From Marivita sp. (GTDB lineage Bacteria; Pseudomonadota; Alphaproteobacteria; Rhodobacterales; Rhodobacteraceae): DNA of 64,000 nucleotides. The stretch is from the NCBI RefSeq assembly GCF_051859345.1, contig NZ_JBHYFV010000013.1, forward strand, positions 34,474 to 98,473, given 5' to 3'. The notes under the pieces are model-generated. The model was not told the DNA's origin and did not search any database. It saw only the letters and a list, made by a program, of their open reading frames with translations. Every line of letters begins with the position of its first letter. Positions within the stretch are counted from its first letter, which is position 1. Below, in pieces: positions 52,133 to 61,766 of the stretch. Position numbers and translations under genes: made by a program.

Positions 52133-53650
52133 ATGACGACGATCCTCTGGTTCAAACGCGATCTGCGTGTCCATGACCATCCTGCGCTGGAACTGGCTGC
52201 GCGGGATGAACAGGTGGTGCCACTTTATATTGTGGAGCCGGATTATTGGGCGCTGCCCGACACGTCTGACAGGCAGTTGGCGTTTTTGCAGGAATGCCTT
52301 GCCGACTTGCAAAATGCGCTGCGCGGTCTGGGCAGCGACCTCGTGATCCGTGTGGGCGACGCGGTGGAGGTGTTTTGGGATTTATACCAAACGGTAAAAT
52401 TTGACCGATTGGTCAGCCATGAAGAGACCGGTAACGCCTGGACTTTCGACCGTGACAAACGGGTTGCCGCGTGGGTGCGCGGGCAGAGTATCGGCTGGAT
52501 CGAGCTGCCACAATCCGGCGTCGTGCGTCGCTTGCAAGATCGCGATGGGTGGGCAAGGCACCGCAACGCCTATACAGCGCGGACCCCGGTGCAGGCTCCA
52601 AAGGCGTTGCCGCCCTGCGACCTGCCATCGGACCCGATTCCGACGCTTTGCACGCCTGAGTCTTGTTCGGGCAGACAACCGGGGGGACGGAACCACGCCC
52701 TGTCGCTGCTTGGTGGGTTCCTCAACAAGCGTGGGCAGACTTACCGCCGCGCCATGTCCTCACCGTTTGAAGGGGCCACGGCCTGTTCCCGACTCAGCCC
52801 GCATCTGGCGTTCGGCACACTCACGATCCGCGAGGTGGTGCAGACCACCGCCACCCGTCAGCGCGAGGTCAAGGGTGGGCCGCGAGATGGCTGGGCGGGT
52901 AGCCTCACGTCGTTTCAATCCCGCCTCGCGTGGCGCGACCATTTTATGCAAAAACTGGAAGATGAACCGGAACTCGAACAGCGTTGCCTGCACCGCGCCT
53001 ACGAAGGCATGCGTCCGTTGGAGCCGGATCACAGCCGCCTGAGTGCATGGGAGAACGGTGAAACCGGCTTGCCGTTTCTGGACGCCTGTTTGCGGTCCTT
53101 GCGCGCCACGGGTTGGCTCAATTTCCGGATGCGGGCGATGCTGGTCAGCGTGGCCAGCTATCACCTCTGGCTCGATTGGCGCAGCACCGGGCCGCATCTG
53201 GCGCGGATGTTCACCGATTATGAACCAGGCATCCACTGGAGCCAGATGCAGATGCAATCGGGCACCACGGGCATCAACACGCCGCGCATCTACAACCCGA
53301 TCAAGCAGGGGACAGACCAGGATCCGACGGGGGCATTCACGCGGATGTGGCTGCCCGAACTGGCCGAGGTTCCGGACGCGCATCTGCAAACTCCGTGGCG
53401 CTGGGACCGGGCAGGGCGCGTCTTGGGCAAGACCTATCCAGACCCGATCGTCGACGTGGCCGAGGCCGCCCGCAGTGCCCGCGACCGCATCTTTTCCATG
53501 CGCCGCAGTGTCGACCACCTCGAGACGCAGCGCGTGATCCACAAACATGCCAGCCGCAAGGACAGCGCAGGACATTTCGTCAACGACCGTGCCGCGCGCA
53601 AGCCGCGCCGGGCCAAACCTGATGACGCACAATTGAAACTGGATCTGTGA
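52133..53650 (+). CDS. Cryptochrome/photolyase family protein
   Basis: [48 protein letters not shown]. Confidence 0.9.
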   Translation: MTTILWFKRDLRVHDHPALELAARDEQVVPLYIVEPDYWALPDTSDRQLAFLQECLADLQNALRGLGSDLVIRVGDAVEVFWDLYQTVKFDRLVSHEETGNAWTFDRDKRVAAWVRGQSIGWIELPQSGVVRRLQDRDGWARHRNAYTARTPVQAPKALPPCDLPSDPIPTLCTPESCSGRQPGGRNHALSLLGGFLNKRGQTYRRAMSSPFEGATACSRLSPHLAFGTLTIREVVQTTATRQREVKGGPRDGWAGSLTSFQSRLAWRDHFMQKLEDEPELEQRCLHRAYEGMRPLEPDHSRLSAWENGETGLPFLDACLRSLRATGWLNFRMRAMLVSVASYHLWLDWRSTGPHLARMFTDYEPGIHWSQMQMQSGTTGINTPRIYNPIKQGTDQDPTGAFTRMWLPELAEVPDAHLQTPWRWDRAGRVLGKTYPDPIVDVAEAARSARDRIFSMRRSVDHLETQRVIHKHASRKDSAGHFVNDRAARKPRRAKPDDAQLKLDL

Positions 53651-53799
53651 TGCCCAAGCAGCGCAAGAAATCCAACCTTCCGTCCAAGACCTGCGCCACC
53701 TGTGGTCTGCCGTTCACCTGGCGCAAGAAGTGGGAAAAGGTCTGGGACGAGGTGAAGTATTGCTCGGCGCGTTGTCGGCGTGGGAAGGGTATGGTGTAG
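53650..53799 (+). CDS. DUF2256-like small Cys protein (49 aa)
   Basis: [44 protein letters not shown]; TGATG overlap with photolyase; not in the ORF track. Confidence 0.88.
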   Translation: MPKQRKKSNLPSKTCATCGLPFTWRKKWEKVWDEVKYCSARCRRGKGMV

Positions 53800-53913
53800 T
53801 GTGTGTTTGCGCGCACCGATGGCAGGGGCGACGACGTGGCGCATGGGTTCACGCACCTTACCAAGTATCCGAATATTTGCAGTCGAATTTTCAAATAAAT
53901 CCAAACATCTTTT

Positions 53914-53934
53914 TTGGTCAGTTAACCTGACCAA
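53914..53934. promoter_or_regulatory. Palindromic operator upstream of glcB (FadR/GntR-like)
   Basis: TTGGTCAG-TTAAC-CTGACCAA, perfect 8-bp arms in an AT-rich promoter region. Confidence 0.6.
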
Positions 53935-54001
53935 CCCTGTTGCGGATCGGAAACTTTCTTTCTAATTGAGTACCACAGTATACAGCGAGGGGACCACAGC
54001 C

Positions 54002-56149
54002 ATGCCCAACCGGATCGACCGTCACGGATTGCAGATCGACGAGACGCTCTTTGACTTCATCGAAGGGCAGGCGTTGCCCGGAACCGAAGTCGAGGCTGAT
54101 GCCTTTTGGCAGGCGCTGTCGACTCTTGCGCACGAGTTTGGGCCAAAGAACGCCAACCTTCTGAAGATCCGCGAAGACCTTCAGACCAAGATCGACGAAT
54201 GGCACATCCGCCACCGCAACCAGCCGCATGACCACGAGGCCTACAAGGCGTTCCTGTCCGAGATCGGCTACCTGCTGCCCGAAGGTGATGATTTCGAGAT
54301 CGAGACGCAGAACACAGATCCAGAATTCGCCAGCATTCCCGGTCCGCAGCTTGTCGTGCCGATCACGAACGCGCGCTACGCGCTGAACGCCGCGAATGCG
54401 CGTTGGGGCAGTCTTTACGATGGGTTCTACGGCACCGACGCGATGGGAACACCCGCGCCTAAAGGCGGCTATGACAAGGGCCGGGGTGCCCGCGTCGTGG
54501 CGCGCGCCCGCGTGTTCCTTGACGAAGCCTTCCCGATCGACGGCGGCAGCCATGCCGACGCCCGTCGTTATTACGTCCATGACGGCGCTCTGCTGGTGGA
54601 TGACATGCCGCTGGCGCATCCGGAAAAGTTCATCGGCTATACCGGCCATCCCAAGGCGCCCGATGCTGTGCTCTTGCGCAACAACGGGTTGCATGTCGAA
54701 CTGGTCTTCGACCGCACGCATTTCATCGGCAGCCGCGATCAGGCGGGACTGGCGGATGTGCGCCTTGAAAGCGCCGTGTCCGCGATCATGGATTGCGAGG
54801 ATTCCGTGGCCTGCGTCGATGCGGAAGACAAGACGCTTGCCTATGCCAATTGGCTGGGCCTGATGAAGGGTGATCTGCAAGACAGCTTTGAGAAGGGCGG
54901 AAAGACCGTCACCCGCGCGTTGAACCCGGACCTGACCTACACCGCGCCGGATGGCCGCGACGTGACGATCAAGGGCCGCGCGCTGATGCTGGTGCGCAAT
55001 GTCGGCCACCTGATGACCAACCCGGCGATCCTGCTCAAGGACGGGTCCGAGATCTACGAGGGTCTGATGGACGCCATGATCACCGCGCTGATTGCCAAGC
55101 ATGACCTTGGCAAGACAGACGGATTGCGCAATTCGCACCACGGCTCGGTCTATGTGGTCAAACCCAAGATGCACGGTCCCGACGAGGTGGCATTCTCAGA
55201 CGCGACTTTCACCTTTGTCGAAAAGGCGCTGGGCCTGCCCGCCAACACTGTCAAGCTGGGCATCATGGACGAGGAACGCCGCACCAGCGTCAACCTCAAG
55301 CAATGCATCCGCGCCGCCAAGCACCGCGTCGCTTTCATCAACACCGGGTTCCTCGACCGCACCGGCGACGAGATTCACACCTCGATGGAAGCGGGGCCGT
55401 TCAGCCGCAAGGATTTCATCAAGCGCAAGGCGTGGATCGGTGGTTACGAGAACCGCAATGTCGATATCGGGCTGGAATGCGGGCTTTCCGGCAAGGCGCA
55501 GATCGGCAAGGGCATGTGGGCCATGCCCGACATGATGGCCGCGATGCTGGAACAGAAGATCGAACACCCGAAATCGGGCGCCAATTGCGCCTGGGTGCCG
55601 TCGCCCACAGCGGCCACGCTGCACGCGCTGCACTATCACAAGGTCGATGTGTTTGCCGTGCAGGCCAGGCTGCGCAAGGGTGGCCGCCGGGCGCATGTGG
55701 ACACGATCCTCGATATCCCGCTGGCGGCGTTCCAGAAATGGTCCAAAGACCAGATCACCCGCGAAGTGGAAAACAACGCGCAGGGCATCCTTGGTTATGT
55801 CGTGCGCTGGGTCGATCAGGGAGTCGGGTGTTCGAAGGTTCCGGACATCAACAATGTCGGCCTGATGGAAGACCGCGCCACCTGCCGGATTTCCGCGCAG
55901 CATATCGCCAACTGGCTGCACCACGGGATCGTGTCCAAGGACGACGCATTGGAGATCATGCGGCGCATGGCTGCCGTGGTGGATGATCAGAACGCAGGCG
56001 ATCCGCTTTATCACCCGATGGCACCCGGCTTTGACGGTATCGCCTTCAAAGCCGCTTGTGATCTGATCTTCGAAGGCCGCGTGCAGCCATCCGGCTATAC
56101 CGAACCGGTCCTGCACCGTCGTCGTCTGGAGCTTAAGACAGTACGCTGA
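54002..56149 (+). CDS. glcB: Malate synthase G
   Basis: [56 protein letters not shown]. Confidence 0.97.
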   Translation: MPNRIDRHGLQIDETLFDFIEGQALPGTEVEADAFWQALSTLAHEFGPKNANLLKIREDLQTKIDEWHIRHRNQPHDHEAYKAFLSEIGYLLPEGDDFEIETQNTDPEFASIPGPQLVVPITNARYALNAANARWGSLYDGFYGTDAMGTPAPKGGYDKGRGARVVARARVFLDEAFPIDGGSHADARRYYVHDGALLVDDMPLAHPEKFIGYTGHPKAPDAVLLRNNGLHVELVFDRTHFIGSRDQAGLADVRLESAVSAIMDCEDSVACVDAEDKTLAYANWLGLMKGDLQDSFEKGGKTVTRALNPDLTYTAPDGRDVTIKGRALMLVRNVGHLMTNPAILLKDGSEIYEGLMDAMITALIAKHDLGKTDGLRNSHHGSVYVVKPKMHGPDEVAFSDATFTFVEKALGLPANTVKLGIMDEERRTSVNLKQCIRAAKHRVAFINTGFLDRTGDEIHTSMEAGPFSRKDFIKRKAWIGGYENRNVDIGLECGLSGKAQIGKGMWAMPDMMAAMLEQKIEHPKSGANCAWVPSPTAATLHALHYHKVDVFAVQARLRKGGRRAHVDTILDIPLAAFQKWSKDQITREVENNAQGILGYVVRWVDQGVGCSKVPDINNVGLMEDRATCRISAQHIANWLHHGIVSKDDALEIMRRMAAVVDDQNAGDPLYHPMAPGFDGIAFKAACDLIFEGRVQPSGYTEPVLHRRRLELKTVR

Positions 56150-56295
56150 AAAGGCGCGTTTCCACAGACGGAAACAGTACGTTGCGTCGATGCATCGTAC
56201 CCCCGCGCAGGCGGCCGCCGCCTGCGCAAGAAACAGAGCCGCGCATCAAGATTTGCGTTTGCGCCTGCATACCCTTCTGCGTATAGAGACGTCAG

Positions 56296-56372
<77 letters not shown>

Positions 56373-56439
56373 ATAATCTCAATGGCTTGGAGGATTGGCG
56401 TTTAAGTGTTGGTCTGGCTACGGTCCGGAATCAGCCTTT

Positions 56440-56700
56440 TCAGATTGTCGCCTTTACAGTGCTTCTCCCGCCAGATTTGATGCTTGTCACGCGCCGTCCC
56501 TTGCGGTTTTGGACCACAAAACCCCGTCTCGCGAAGTATGCCTTCATCTTGCTCGACGCCCGTTGTCTGACGTTCTTGTTCGGGTCAGTGATGAAGGTGC
56601 CAAATCCACAGCGCCCAAAGTTGGTGCAGGAATAGATCATGCCTTTGGCTCTGAACGATGCGGAAAAGGCGAAGATTTAACGAGAGACTGGGAGCGCCAT
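56440..56700 (-). pseudogene. Broken 5' fragment of the ATP-grasp partner gene (possibly CapA-family metallophosphoesterase N-terminus)
   Basis: ATG 56700 lies 16 nt after the ligase stop: MALPVSR* then in-frame IFAFSASFRAKGMIYSCTNFGRCGFGTFITDP...; family call from memory only. Confidence 0.45.
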
Positions 56701-56716
56701 CTTGGCGCCCCCCAAG

Positions 56717-58024
56717 TCAGACATAGAAGTCCAGTTCTTCCTGTGTCTTGAGAAGGTCGCGCATCTTGATGGGATCGTCCCCGAAGAAAAACACCAAGCC
56801 CCAATGCGTGCCGAATGCCGACCGATCCGGCACTGTTTCTGCCGCCGGGGCCACCAGTTCGTGTGTATCGAAATATGGATGATCCGTGGTCTCTGGCGGC
56901 ATTTCGAGTGTGCTGACGACGCGGCGACGTGGGTAAACGCCGAAACAGCCAGCGTAACCCTTGGCGTCTTCGACTTCGCGCGGGAAGAAGGCTTCCACCT
57001 CTTCCCTGGTGCTTTTGGGATCGAATACCAGGATCGACGCCTGATACGCGTTGAATCCGTACGCGCGTTCAATCAACTCGAAAGCCTTGAAGCCGGGGGG
57101 GCGATAGGCGACTTCACCAAAGTACATTTCACCATCGGACGTGAGGAAATACTCCGGGTGAATTTGACCGAACTTGATATCGAACGTCTTGATCAGCTTT
57201 TCGATCTGCTTGGTGATGGCGTCACGCCAGCTTTCCAGTTCCTTCGTGGCGGGCACAAAGACCGAATAGCCAAGTGTGACGTATTCCGAGATGTTCAGGA
57301 ACTTGATCTCGCCGTCATGAATCCAGGCCTCGACCGCAAATTCCCAGCCGTCGAGGTGGCTTTCCATCAGCAACGGGTATTCTTCGTCCGGAATTTTATC
57401 GATGTCTTCGATGTCGCGGATCATTCGATGTCCAAGGCAACCAGCCTTGTCGAAGGCCTTCACATGGATCGGATCGTCCGGATCGCCGTCAAGCTTCAGC
57501 AGTGTCTGGTTGACCCGTTTCATGAAGCGGACGATGTCGTCTTTCTCATAGGCTTCTTCGAAGATGCCAACGCGGATGCCGCCCAGCTGGGCACGACGTT
57601 TCATCAGCGCTTTGTCCCGGAACAGGATGGATTGGCCATACATGCGTGGCTGATCCATGAGAACCGCGTTGATCGCGCCCGACCATTCAACCGTTTCTTC
57701 GAACAGGGGAATGGCCACATCGACGCCGTCTTCCTTGAGCCGGCGGGCAATCTCCATCGACCTGTCGTTCAGCCGCGCGAAATCCCACGAGATGTAGGGG
57801 ATGTTGTTGGCTTCACAAAAGTCAGCGGCCCAGTCGGGTGCGACCACCACATAGCGCCGGTCAAACTTCTGGGCTGCCTTGATGGCGTTCATACTCCATC
57901 CCAGCAACGCGACGTACCCCTTGTCGGGGTCTTTGGGCGTTTCGGTGCCCTGAACGGAATCCAGAGTCGGGTCGGTCCAGTTCGAAACGTCTTTCGGAAT
58001 CGGGGCTTCTGATGATTTTGAGAT
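56717..58024 (-). CDS. ATP-grasp (carboxylate-amine) ligase, uncharacterised; likely start is ATC at 58024
   Basis: RDKALMK, VKAFDKAGCLG, MESHLDGWEF, HPEYF...FGEVAYRPPG; AAGGAG + 8 nt + ATC in frame. Confidence 0.85.
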   Translation of the reverse strand: MSKSSEAPIPKDVSNWTDPTLDSVQGTETPKDPDKGYVALLGWSMNAIKAAQKFDRRYVVVAPDWAADFCEANNIPYISWDFARLNDRSMEIARRLKEDGVDVAIPLFEETVEWSGAINAVLMDQPRMYGQSILFRDKALMKRRAQLGGIRVGIFEEAYEKDDIVRFMKRVNQTLLKLDGDPDDPIHVKAFDKAGCLGHRMIRDIEDIDKIPDEEYPLLMESHLDGWEFAVEAWIHDGEIKFLNISEYVTLGYSVFVPATKELESWRDAITKQIEKLIKTFDIKFGQIHPEYFLTSDGEMYFGEVAYRPPGFKAFELIERAYGFNAYQASILVFDPKSTREEVEAFFPREVEDAKGYAGCFGVYPRRRVVSTLEMPPETTDHPYFDTHELVAPAAETVPDRSAFGTHWGLVFFFGDDPIKMRDLLKTQEELDFYV

Positions 58025-58591
58025 AGAAGAGTCTCCTTAGGTTTAGCTTTGACATGGCGACGTCTTGTGGGAAGACGTCACAGAAATTAGAATATACTTA
58101 GTTTATCTAAGCAAAATTTCGAGGATTTCCAATTTTCGCACAGATTTCGATCACATCGAAAGGTCGATGATGCGCCGATTTCACGCGTGATGGCATTAAG
58201 GGATTTGAAATTATAACTATTTTACAATAATTTACATCCAAGGATGAATGCCTCGGGACTCTTTCGTCCTTGAAGGTTGAATCAATCGGACAAGGATGTT
58301 TTTCTGACTTCCTAATCAAAAATGCTTAGGATACGGAATGAAAACTGTAGAGGTCCAAGACATCCTTGGCACCACCCGCGAAATGAAAGCTGCCAGTTGA
58401 AGGACATGCGCCCAACACAGGTTTCGACGGCTGACCTTCAGACATTGGCGGGTTTTGGGTGTTGCCAATGCGGCCGCGAACGAGTGTAAGCCTTTTCCTA
58501 GGGCTGAAGCAAAATCAGTCGAAACCTTGATTACACGATTTCCGACTTGACGGGTTGAGCGGAAGAAAAAGTCTATCGGAGACTGTCTTGC

Positions 58592-59557
58592 ATGTATGTT
58601 TTTTCCAATCCAGTCGGGGCTGGCACGCTTTGGTTCCACAACCTTGCAACGGCCGACGGAACCCCTGTTGCATATGATCCGCAGGCGCGGGCGTTCATTC
58701 CGACACCCCCGTTTTGCGCCAACCGTGAGATCATAGGATGTAACTGGATTGCGCCCGAGCCGGGGGCTGTTTGTCGATCATGTGCCATGACAGTGGTATC
58801 ACCGGATACCTCTATTCCGAATTCACTCGCCAATTGGGCGCATACCGAAGCTGCGAAACGGTGGACGCTGGACAATCTTGGCCGCTGGCAGTGGTTCCGC
58901 CCGGAAGACCTTGGGACACCTCCGGTATTTCACATGCTTGCCGAGGGGCCGACCCCGGTTGCGATGGGGCATATCGACGGTGTGGTCACCATCAGCGTTG
59001 CCGAGGCTGATCCGGTCCTGAGCACAACGCGGCGCGAGGCCCTTGAAGAACCTTACCGGACGATGATCGGTCATCTGCGCCACGAGATCGCGCATATGCT
59101 TTGGTGGCGCCTCAGTCTGCGCACCGATTTCCTGGACGCTTTTCGCAGCGTGTTCGGCGACGAACGAGAGAATTACTCGGATGCGTTGCAACGTCACTAC
59201 AGCAATGGTCCACCAGCTGATTGGAACGTGAATTACCTGACGACCTATGCGTCTGCACATCCACACGAGGATTGGGCTGAGACCGCAGCGCATCTGCTCC
59301 ATCTGACCGACATCACCGATAGCGTCATTTCGGCGGGTTTTTCGTCACCGGATCTGCCCCATCCCGGTTGGGATCCTTACTCGGAACCAGATGCCATGTC
59401 CTTGATACGGGTTGCGGTGTCGATCGTCATGGGGATCAACCATGTCAATCGTTCCATGGGTTTGGCCGACATCTATCCTTTCGTGGTGTCTCTCGAAGCG
59501 CAGCGCAAGCTTGCCTTTGTCCATGAGTGGTTGCGCAGGGGCGCACAGGGAAGATGA
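58592..59557 (+). CDS. Putative zinc-binding metallopeptidase (Peptidase_Mx/DUF2248-like)
   Basis: CANR..IGCNW...CRSC, HMLAE, EPYRTMIGHLRHEIAH (HExxH), YASAHPHEDWAET. Confidence 0.85.
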   Translation: MYVFSNPVGAGTLWFHNLATADGTPVAYDPQARAFIPTPPFCANREIIGCNWIAPEPGAVCRSCAMTVVSPDTSIPNSLANWAHTEAAKRWTLDNLGRWQWFRPEDLGTPPVFHMLAEGPTPVAMGHIDGVVTISVAEADPVLSTTRREALEEPYRTMIGHLRHEIAHMLWWRLSLRTDFLDAFRSVFGDERENYSDALQRHYSNGPPADWNVNYLTTYASAHPHEDWAETAAHLLHLTDITDSVISAGFSSPDLPHPGWDPYSEPDAMSLIRVAVSIVMGINHVNRSMGLADIYPFVVSLEAQRKLAFVHEWLRRGAQGR

Positions 59558-59592
59558 TGGGCCGAGTATTCCTTTAGGCTGACACCAAGTGA

Positions 59593-59769
59593 TCTTGCGC
59601 CTGATAGAAAGCCGACGAAATAGCCCGACGTGACAACGGCCAGTTCGGCGGCGGTAAACTCTTCAATACCACCACGAAGACCGATGAGGGTGAAATGCAT
59701 CCCATTGCCGGGCATGATCAGCACGATACCAAGAAGAAGGGCCCAGACCCCGGACAACATTTGCGTCAT
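59593..59769 (-). pseudogene. Truncated MFS transporter (first ~59 codons)
   Basis: MTQMLSGVWALLLGIVLIMPGNGMHFTLIGLRGGIEEF...GYFVGFLSGAR matches a YcaD-type MFS start, then the frame runs into the antisense of the peptidase. Confidence 0.75.
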
Positions 59770-59967
59770 CAAGTGTCCTTTCGCGTATCGTGTTCTTGAA
59801 ACCCTGACTGACACGTCACACCAACATGCCACCCCTGCACTTGCCGAAGCGGCGCAAGCGTATCAATTTGCGACCCCATGTTGGTGGAACCCCCACTTTT
59901 TCGTTCCCCCGACATCACCGGGAACGATCCGATTGCTGATGCGCGTTGGGTCGCGTAGGACTGTTTC

Positions 59968-61083
59968 ATGAGCAATGCCGTGAAGATCGAAATGGCCGAG
60001 CTGCGCATGGTGCAGCTGCCTTTGCTGACGCCTTTCGTCATCTCGACCGGGACGATGACGCACAAGACGTTTCCGCTCTTGATCCTGCGCGGTGACGGGA
60101 TCGAAGGTGTTGCCGAGGCGGTCATGGATCCGCTTCCCGATTACCTTGAGGAATCCACCGCTGGCGCGCTTGATCTGTTGCGCGGGGCGTTTCTGCCAAA
60201 GCTGATCGGTCAGAGCATCACCTCACCCGCCGATGTGACGGGGCTGTTGGCTCCGTGGCGGGGCAACCGGATGGCCAAGGCGGTGGTCGAAATGGCGGTT
60301 TGGGATCTGTGGGCGAAATCCCTGAATCTACCGCTGTGTCGGCTGTTGGGCGGTGTGCGGGATCAGGTCGAAGTGGGGGTCAGCCTTGGGATTGCGCCAC
60401 TTGATGACACGCTAAAGCGGATCGACGTGGCGCAAGAGGCGGGTTATCGGCGGATCAAGCTTAAGATCGCCCGCGGGCATGACCTTGGGATCCTCGCGGG
60501 CGTTCGCGCGCGCTTTCCGGATATCAAGCTCACCGTTGATGCGAACACGGATTACGCATTGTCAGACCTGTCGACCCTGCAAAAGATGGACCAGTTCGAT
60601 CTGGATTACATCGAACAACCCCTGGCGTTTGATGACATTTTCGACCACGCCAAGGTGCAAAAGGCGCTCAGGACCGCGATCTGTCTGGATGAAAGCATCC
60701 GCAGCGCAAAAGACGCGCGCGTCGCGCTTGAGATCGGGGCGACGCGGGTGATCAACATCAAGGTGGGCCGCGTCGGCGGCTTTGCAGAAGCGCGGGCGAT
60801 CCATGACGTTTGTGCCGCTTTTGATGCCCCGGTCTGGTGCGGGGGCATGCTGGAAAGCGGGGTCGGGCGCGCGCACAACATCCATCTGGCCACCATGGCG
60901 AATTTCACCAAACCCGGCGACACCTCGAGCGCAAGCCGCTATTTCGAACGCGACATCATCCATGAACCGCTGGAGGCGGTCGACGGGTTGATGCCGGTTC
61001 CAAAGGGTCCGGGCATTGGTGTAACGCTGGATTATGACCGCCTGACCGAGGTCTCCGAAGTGATCGAGACGTGGCAGGCATGA
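59968..61083 (+). CDS. NSAR/OSBS family enolase-superfamily enzyme (N-succinyl/N-acyl amino acid racemase)
   Basis: RIKLKI (KxK), VDAN, IEQP, LDES, NIKVGRVGG, GGMLES, GDT. Confidence 0.9.
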   Translation: MSNAVKIEMAELRMVQLPLLTPFVISTGTMTHKTFPLLILRGDGIEGVAEAVMDPLPDYLEESTAGALDLLRGAFLPKLIGQSITSPADVTGLLAPWRGNRMAKAVVEMAVWDLWAKSLNLPLCRLLGGVRDQVEVGVSLGIAPLDDTLKRIDVAQEAGYRRIKLKIARGHDLGILAGVRARFPDIKLTVDANTDYALSDLSTLQKMDQFDLDYIEQPLAFDDIFDHAKVQKALRTAICLDESIRSAKDARVALEIGATRVINIKVGRVGGFAEARAIHDVCAAFDAPVWCGGMLESGVGRAHNIHLATMANFTKPGDTSSASRYFERDIIHEPLEAVDGLMPVPKGPGIGVTLDYDRLTEVSEVIETWQA

Positions 61084-61766
61084 GCGATCAGCCTGTCCTG
61101 CGGGAACTCGACTCACTTGCAGAGATGAAAGACGCCGAGCACTTTCAACGGCTTGTCTGGGGAAAGGATGATCCGCCGGACAATTCCGACATGCTGCTGG
61201 CGATCCAGCACGAAGGCGGGTTGATTGCCGGTGCCTTTGAGGCCGAACGTATGATCGGGTTCCTGTTCGGCTTTCCCACCAGTGATCCCAAGGCGCAACA
61301 TTCCCATCGCCTTGGAGTCCATCCTGACAGGCAAGGGCGGGGATTGGGCCTGCACTTGAAACGGTTCCAAAAGGACTGGTGCCTTGCGCGCGGGATCGAA
61401 AAGGTCCGCTGGACCTATGACCCGATCCGACGTGCCAATGCGGTGCTGAATATCGACCGGCTGGGGGCCACGGCCCGGACCTATTACCGCGACTATTACG
61501 GCCCGATGGAAGGCATCAACGCGGGTGTGCCCTCGGACCGGTTGCTGGCGGACTGGGATTTGACCCGGCCCACCAACCCGGATGTGAGCGCCGAACAAAC
61601 GGTGCCGATCCCGGCCGATTTCGCGCGTCTGGTGCAAGACGATCTGAAGACAGCCCAATCCGAACGCCTGCGCGTCCGCGCCGCGTTGGAAAGCGCCTTT
61701 GCTGGCGGGCTGCATATCGCAGGGTTCGACCGGGCGCAGAACGCCTACCTGCTGGCGCGTGCCTAG
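61080..61766 (+). CDS. GNAT acyltransferase (putative D-amino acid N-succinyltransferase)
   Basis: HSHRLGV.P..QGRGLG..LK..Q, WTYDP....NA.LNI.RLGA...Y..DYYG...G.PSDRL; ATGA-coupled to the racemase. Confidence 0.8.
   Translation: MSDQPVLRELDSLAEMKDAEHFQRLVWGKDDPPDNSDMLLAIQHEGGLIAGAFEAERMIGFLFGFPTSDPKAQHSHRLGVHPDRQGRGLGLHLKRFQKDWCLARGIEKVRWTYDPIRRANAVLNIDRLGATARTYYRDYYGPMEGINAGVPSDRLLADWDLTRPTNPDVSAEQTVPIPADFARLVQDDLKTAQSERLRVRAALESAFAGGLHIAGFDRAQNAYLLARA

Larger units (their letters stand above)
56373..59770. other. Degraded accessory islet next to tRNA-Arg (no integrase present)
   Basis: Begins at the tRNA 3' end; visibly more AT-rich (especially 58080-58340); two broken genes and a lost start codon. 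Confidence 0.55.

Noticed and set aside
58339-58400. Short frame MKTVEVQDILGTTREMKAAS* faintly like an ectoine synthase N-terminus
   Set aside because: Only about 20 residues, the similarity does not continue in any frame, and it cannot be told from chance without a search.
59968-61083. Calling the enolase-family gene menC (menaquinone synthesis)
   Set aside because: No men genes nearby; coupling to a GNAT favours a racemase role.
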